A program made the position numbers and the translations under genes. A stretch of 64,000 bases of DNA from assembly GCA_029261135.1 (NCBI GenBank), contig JAJDBX010000005.1, positions 2,231 through 66,230 of the forward strand, read 5' to 3'. This stretch comes from Nitrospirota bacterium (GTDB lineage Bacteria; Nitrospirota; Nitrospiria; SBBL01; JAADHI01). Each line of letters opens with the position of its first letter. Within the stretch, counting starts at the first letter, position 1. The notes beneath the pieces were generated by a model that did not search any database, was not told the DNA's origin, and saw only the letters and a list, made by a program, of their open reading frames with translations. This document shows positions 60,011 to 64,000 of this stretch, piece by piece.

Positions 60011-60682
60011 ATGGAAAAACCTTTGGTGCTTGCCGTCTCGAAAGGTCGGCTCTTAGAATTCGCACTCGATTTTTTTGAAAAAATGGGCATCGTCCCTGCG
60101 GAACTCGGCACTGATAGCCGCGAGCTCATGTTCGATGTGCCCGAAAAAGGGCTCCGTTTTCTCCTCGTACGCGCAGTGGATGTGGCCACCTATGTTGAAT
60201 ATGGCGCGGCAGACATCGGCATCGCGGGAAAAGATTTGCTCCTTGAACAGATGTGCGACGTCTACGAACCCATCGATCTCGGTTTTGGCCATTGCCGCAT
60301 CGTTTTGGCCGAAGCCGAAAAAGACGGATACAGCCAAAATCAGAACCGTTATTCTAAGCGGCGTGTGGCAACAAAATACCCTAATATTACAGAACAATAT
60401 TTTTCCGAAAAAGGGATTCCGATTGAAATCGTCAAACTCTATGGATCCATTGAACTGGCTCCGCTGGTTGGACTGTCCGATCAAATTGTCGATCTTTCAT
60501 CGAGCGGCGCGACGCTCAAAGCGAATCATTTGAACATTGTCGATGAAATTGCAGAGTGCACCGCCCGTGTCATTGTCAATCGGGCCAGTTTAAAACTAAA
60601 ATACCCGGCCGTAAAAAAGATTATTGATGGGATCAAAGCGGCACTTCAACAGGAACAGATTAAAGGACAGGAAACATCATGA
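60011..60682 (+). CDS. hisG: ATP phosphoribosyltransferase, short form
   Basis: SKGR, DIGIAGKD, ATKYPN, GSIELAP, IVDL; no C-terminal regulatory domain. Confidence 0.95.
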   Translation: MEKPLVLAVSKGRLLEFALDFFEKMGIVPAELGTDSRELMFDVPEKGLRFLLVRAVDVATYVEYGAADIGIAGKDLLLEQMCDVYEPIDLGFGHCRIVLAEAEKDGYSQNQNRYSKRRVATKYPNITEQYFSEKGIPIEIVKLYGSIELAPLVGLSDQIVDLSSSGATLKANHLNIVDEIAECTARVIVNRASLKLKYPAVKKIIDGIKAALQQEQIKGQETS

Positions 60683-61977
60683 TCATGAAAACCATCCCGT
60701 TTAAAGATCCAAAATTTAAATCGGCCTACAAAAAAGTGCTCAACCGGCTGAATTTGGGCGATGGGGGTTTGGACACGCTTGTTCAAGGTATTTTGAATGA
60801 CGTTCAAAAAAGGGGAGATCGTGCGGTCATTGAATACACCCATCAATTTGATCGATTGAAATTGAAGCCCACAGAAATCCGGGTCACGAAAAAAGAAATC
60901 AAGGACGCTTATAAAGAAGCAGACCCCGAAGTCATTGAAAGCCTTAAGTTCGCGGCAAAGCGCATCACCGACTTTCATCAGCGCCAAAAACAAGAAGGAT
61001 GGTCTGTTAAAAACAAAGGCATTTATCTGGGGCAGCGCGTGCATCCACTCGAAGCCGTCGGACTTTATGTACCGGGCGGCAAAGCGGCCTATCCTTCCTC
61101 CGTCTTGATGAACGCCATCCCGGCCATTGTCGCAGGGGTGCCCCGTTTGGCCATCACAACCCCGATACCGGAGGGGCTTTGCAATCCCTATTGCCTCATT
61201 GCGGCAGATTTAGTGGGGGTGGATGAAGTTTACCGTGTGGGCGGGGTGCAGGCGGTGGGGGCTTTGGCCTACGGAACAAAAGCGATTCCCAAAGTGGATA
61301 AAATTGTCGGCCCTGGCAATAAATATGTTGCAGCGGCAAAACGGCTGGTTTACGGTCTGGTGGATATCGACATGGTGGCAGGCCCGAGTGAACTCCTGAT
61401 TATTGCGGATGCCGATGCCAATCCGGCCTATCTCGCCTCGGATTTAATCTCTCAAGCAGAGCACGATGAAGAAGCAGTCGTGATCTTTTTATCAACCTCG
61501 GCCAAACTGGTCACTTCTGTGATGAAAGCGATGGAAAAGCAGCTTAAAACCCTGCCTCGCAAAAAAATCGCACAAACGGCCTTGAAGAAAAACGGCGTGG
61601 CCTTTATCGTCCCCAATTTGAATGAAGCGGCTAAAATGTCGAATGAAATCGCGCCGGAGCATCTTTCAGTCTTCACGAAGAAGCCATTTCAAGTGCTCAA
61701 AAAATTAACAAACGCCGGATCGATTTTTTTGGGGGAGGACACACCGCAGTCCCTCGGTGATTACGTCGCGGGCCCCAACCACGTGCTCCCAACGGGTGGC
61801 ACCGCACGCTTCTCTTCCCCGCTTTCCGTGGACGATTTTGTGCGAAAAAGCAGCGTAATTTCTTACACACGAAACGCCCTCAAACGCGACGGCGATCATT
61901 TGATTCGAATCGCGGAAGTCGAAGGCTTGACTGCACATGCCAACATGGTCAGGATAAGGGTCAAAAACAATGCGTAA
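60679..61977 (+). CDS. hisD: Histidinol dehydrogenase
   Basis: [41 protein letters not shown]. Confidence 0.97.
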   Translation: MIMKTIPFKDPKFKSAYKKVLNRLNLGDGGLDTLVQGILNDVQKRGDRAVIEYTHQFDRLKLKPTEIRVTKKEIKDAYKEADPEVIESLKFAAKRITDFHQRQKQEGWSVKNKGIYLGQRVHPLEAVGLYVPGGKAAYPSSVLMNAIPAIVAGVPRLAITTPIPEGLCNPYCLIAADLVGVDEVYRVGGVQAVGALAYGTKAIPKVDKIVGPGNKYVAAAKRLVYGLVDIDMVAGPSELLIIADADANPAYLASDLISQAEHDEEAVVIFLSTSAKLVTSVMKAMEKQLKTLPRKKIAQTALKKNGVAFIVPNLNEAAKMSNEIAPEHLSVFTKKPFQVLKKLTNAGSIFLGEDTPQSLGDYVAGPNHVLPTGGTARFSSPLSVDDFVRKSSVISYTRNALKRDGDHLIRIAEVEGLTAHANMVRIRVKNNA

Positions 61978-62554
61978 AGCCAGTGTCACCCGAAAAACAA
62001 AAGAGACGAATATCAGCATCGCCGTAAATTTGGACGGCAGTGGCGAGTATCAAATTGATACGCCTTTTCCTTTTTTAACGCACATGCTTTCTGCTTTTTC
62101 GAAACACGGGTTTTTTGATTTACAGGTGAAAGCCACGGGTGACATCGAAATTGATGAACACCATACGGTGGAAGACACAGGCATTGTCTTGGGCGAAGTG
62201 TTCGCAAAGGCCTGGGGCGACAAACAAGGCATCCGGCGATTTGGGACGGCTACTATCCCGCTCGACGAGGCTTTGTCTCAAGTGACAGTGGATCTCTCCG
62301 GTCGCCCGTTTTTAGTCTACAATGTCCCGAACCGGCGCAAAAAAATCAAAAACTTTGATTGTGAGTTGATTGAGCATTTCTTCCGTTCAATGGTGGATCA
62401 ATGCCGCATTAATCTCCACATCAATACCCTCTACGGAAAAGACCCGCACCATATTTTTGAAACCATCTTCAAGGCTTTTGGTCGTGCCCTCGATCAGGCA
62501 ACACAGTTAGATCCTCGTCAAACTGGCGTCGCATCGACCAAGGGAAGTCTTTGA
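61970..62554 (+). CDS. hisB: Imidazoleglycerol-phosphate dehydratase
   Basis: [29 protein letters not shown]. Confidence 0.97.
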   Translation: MRKASVTRKTKETNISIAVNLDGSGEYQIDTPFPFLTHMLSAFSKHGFFDLQVKATGDIEIDEHHTVEDTGIVLGEVFAKAWGDKQGIRRFGTATIPLDEALSQVTVDLSGRPFLVYNVPNRRKKIKNFDCELIEHFFRSMVDQCRINLHINTLYGKDPHHIFETIFKAFGRALDQATQLDPRQTGVASTKGSL

Positions 62555-62558
62555 TCCA

Positions 62559-63167
62559 TTGAATAATATCGTCATTGTTGATTACGGATCGGGCAATTTA
62601 AGAAGCGTGCAGCGCAGTTTTGAGCGGGCTGGATTTGTTTCGACGATTACCCCTGACCCCAATGTGGTGGCCGAGGCCAGTCATTTGGTGGTTCCGGGGG
62701 TGGGTGCTTTTTCGGATTGCATGGGTAATCTTGAAAAACTGGATATGCTTGATCCAATCCGTGCATTTATTCAAGCCGAGAAACCCTATCTCGGGATTTG
62801 CCTCGGGCTTCAAATTTTATTCACTGAGGGGACGGAGTTTGGATCGCGCCCCGGTCTGGGTATTTTGCCCGGACAGGTGATCCGCTTTCCAAAAAACGAA
62901 TTGAAAGTTCCCCACATGGGATGGAACCAAGTTCAAATCGAAAAAGAAATTCCACACCTCAAAGGCATTCCGGACCACAGCTATTTTTATTTTGTGCACT
63001 CTTATTATGGCAACCCCTCAGAACGTGACTGCATCGCGACCACAACAGAGTACGGCACCCGTTTCCCTTCTGCAGTGTCACAGGGGCGGCTCTTTGCCTG
63101 CCAATTTCACCCCGAAAAAAGTCAGCAGATGGGGCGGCAGCTTCTTGAAAATTTTGCGAGGTTATAA
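62559..63167 (+). CDS. hisH: Imidazole glycerol phosphate synthase, glutaminase subunit
   Basis: DYGSGN, PGVG, GICLG, PHMGWN, YFVHSY, QFHPEKS. Confidence 0.97.
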   Translation: MNNIVIVDYGSGNLRSVQRSFERAGFVSTITPDPNVVAEASHLVVPGVGAFSDCMGNLEKLDMLDPIRAFIQAEKPYLGICLGLQILFTEGTEFGSRPGLGILPGQVIRFPKNELKVPHMGWNQVQIEKEIPHLKGIPDHSYFYFVHSYYGNPSERDCIATTTEYGTRFPSAVSQGRLFACQFHPEKSQQMGRQLLENFARL

Positions 63168-63893
63168 ATGATTTTAATTCCGGCAATTGATATTAAAGGC
63201 GGACGCTGTGTTCGTCTGATTCAAGGCGACCTTGAGGATGAAACGGTGTACTCAGAAGATCCGCTTGAAATGGCACAGCGCTGGGTCAGCGAAGGAGCCG
63301 AACGGCTTCATTTGGTCGATTTGGATGGTGCCGTCGCGGGCAACCCCGTTCATTTTTCAATTATCGAAAAGATCATCAAATCCATTTCTATTCCGGTGCA
63401 AGTCGGCGGCGGCATTCGTTATTTGAGTGACATGGATCGTTATTTGTCTGCGGGAGCCGATGCGGTCATTTTGGGCACGGTGGCACTGAAGGAACCCCTC
63501 ACCTTAAAAGAAGCCTGCTTGGCATTTAAAAATAAAATTATTGTGGGCATTGATTCCCGAAAAGGAAAAGTCGCCGTCCAAGGCTGGACAGAGCAGCGTG
63601 ATGAAAGTGTCGCCGAACTCGCGATCGAGATGGAAAAAGTCGGTGCGGCTTCCCTTATTTTAACCGACATCGAAAAAGACGGCATGCTCGAAGGCCCTAA
63701 TTTTGACTTGATGGAAACCGTCGGACATGCTGTAAATATCCCCATTATTGCGTCGGGCGGCGTCACCACCTTACCGCAAATCCAACGCCTTTCAAAAATA
63801 AATGGCGTCAAAAGTGCCATCATCGGCAAGGCCCTTTACGAAGGTAAGATCTCATTGCCGGAAGCCCTTGCGGCGACAAAAGGAAGTGGATAA
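63168..63893 (+). CDS. hisA: ProFAR isomerase
   Basis: [33 protein letters not shown]. Confidence 0.97.
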   Translation: MILIPAIDIKGGRCVRLIQGDLEDETVYSEDPLEMAQRWVSEGAERLHLVDLDGAVAGNPVHFSIIEKIIKSISIPVQVGGGIRYLSDMDRYLSAGADAVILGTVALKEPLTLKEACLAFKNKIIVGIDSRKGKVAVQGWTEQRDESVAELAIEMEKVGAASLILTDIEKDGMLEGPNFDLMETVGHAVNIPIIASGGVTTLPQIQRLSKINGVKSAIIGKALYEGKISLPEALAATKGSG

Positions 63894-64000
63894 TGCTTGC
63901 GAAACGGATTATCCCCTGCTTAGACGTCAAAGGGGGACGCGTGGTCAAAGGGGTCGGATTTGTGAACCTGAAGGATGCGGGTGATCCTGTGGAAGTGGCC
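63893..64000 (+). CDS. hisF: Imidazole glycerol phosphate synthase, cyclase subunit (partial)
   Basis: [36 protein letters not shown]; runs off the window end. Confidence 0.93.
   Translation, partial: MLAKRIIPCLDVKGGRVVKGVGFVNLKDAGDPVEVA

Noticed and set aside
60011-60682. Truncated hisG pseudogene
   Set aside because: It is the normal short HisG form that works with HisZ, presumably encoded elsewhere.
1-64000. CRISPR arrays, tRNA and rRNA genes
   Set aside because: No regularly spaced repeats or tRNA/rRNA signatures were seen by eye; tRNAscan-SE and a CRISPR finder would be needed to exclude them formally.

Overview
Bacterial chromosomal window. Gene content and style are compatible with a Nitrospirota-like lineage (inference only). 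It is mostly housekeeping: nadB, uvrB, DAHP synthase, tkt/tal/pgi, pntAB, dnaE, accA, fbaB, rho-rpmE-prfA-prmC-murA-hisGDBHAF. Accessory or unusual parts: (1) 1-4430 (minus strand), a GC-richer operon of three oversized prepilin-peptidase-substrate (pilin/pseudopilin) proteins plus an exported orphan. It is headed by a small Arg-repeat protein and transcribed from a sigma70 promoter with a near-consensus Fur box through a ~120-nt leader ending in a strong intrinsic terminator. A ferritin-like gene with a second Fur-family box lies next to it. (2) A sigma54 promoter followed by a GEMM-I cyclic-dinucleotide riboswitch with the A20 (cGAMP-type) signature, upstream of an FN3 surface protein. (3) A complete 2.6-kb IS1-family element (18-bp TIRs, 8-bp target duplication) carrying a RelE-like toxin / XRE antitoxin / DUF3467-like three-gene module. 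(4) A 161-bp MITE inserted at the dnaE stop codon. (5) An apparently frameshifted tal-pgi fusion, a degenerate class II aldolase, an unannotated poly-Lys small ORF behind ybiT, and a probable ATT start codon. No rRNA, tRNA or CRISPR array was seen. All family calls come from motif recognition by eye, not from database searches.
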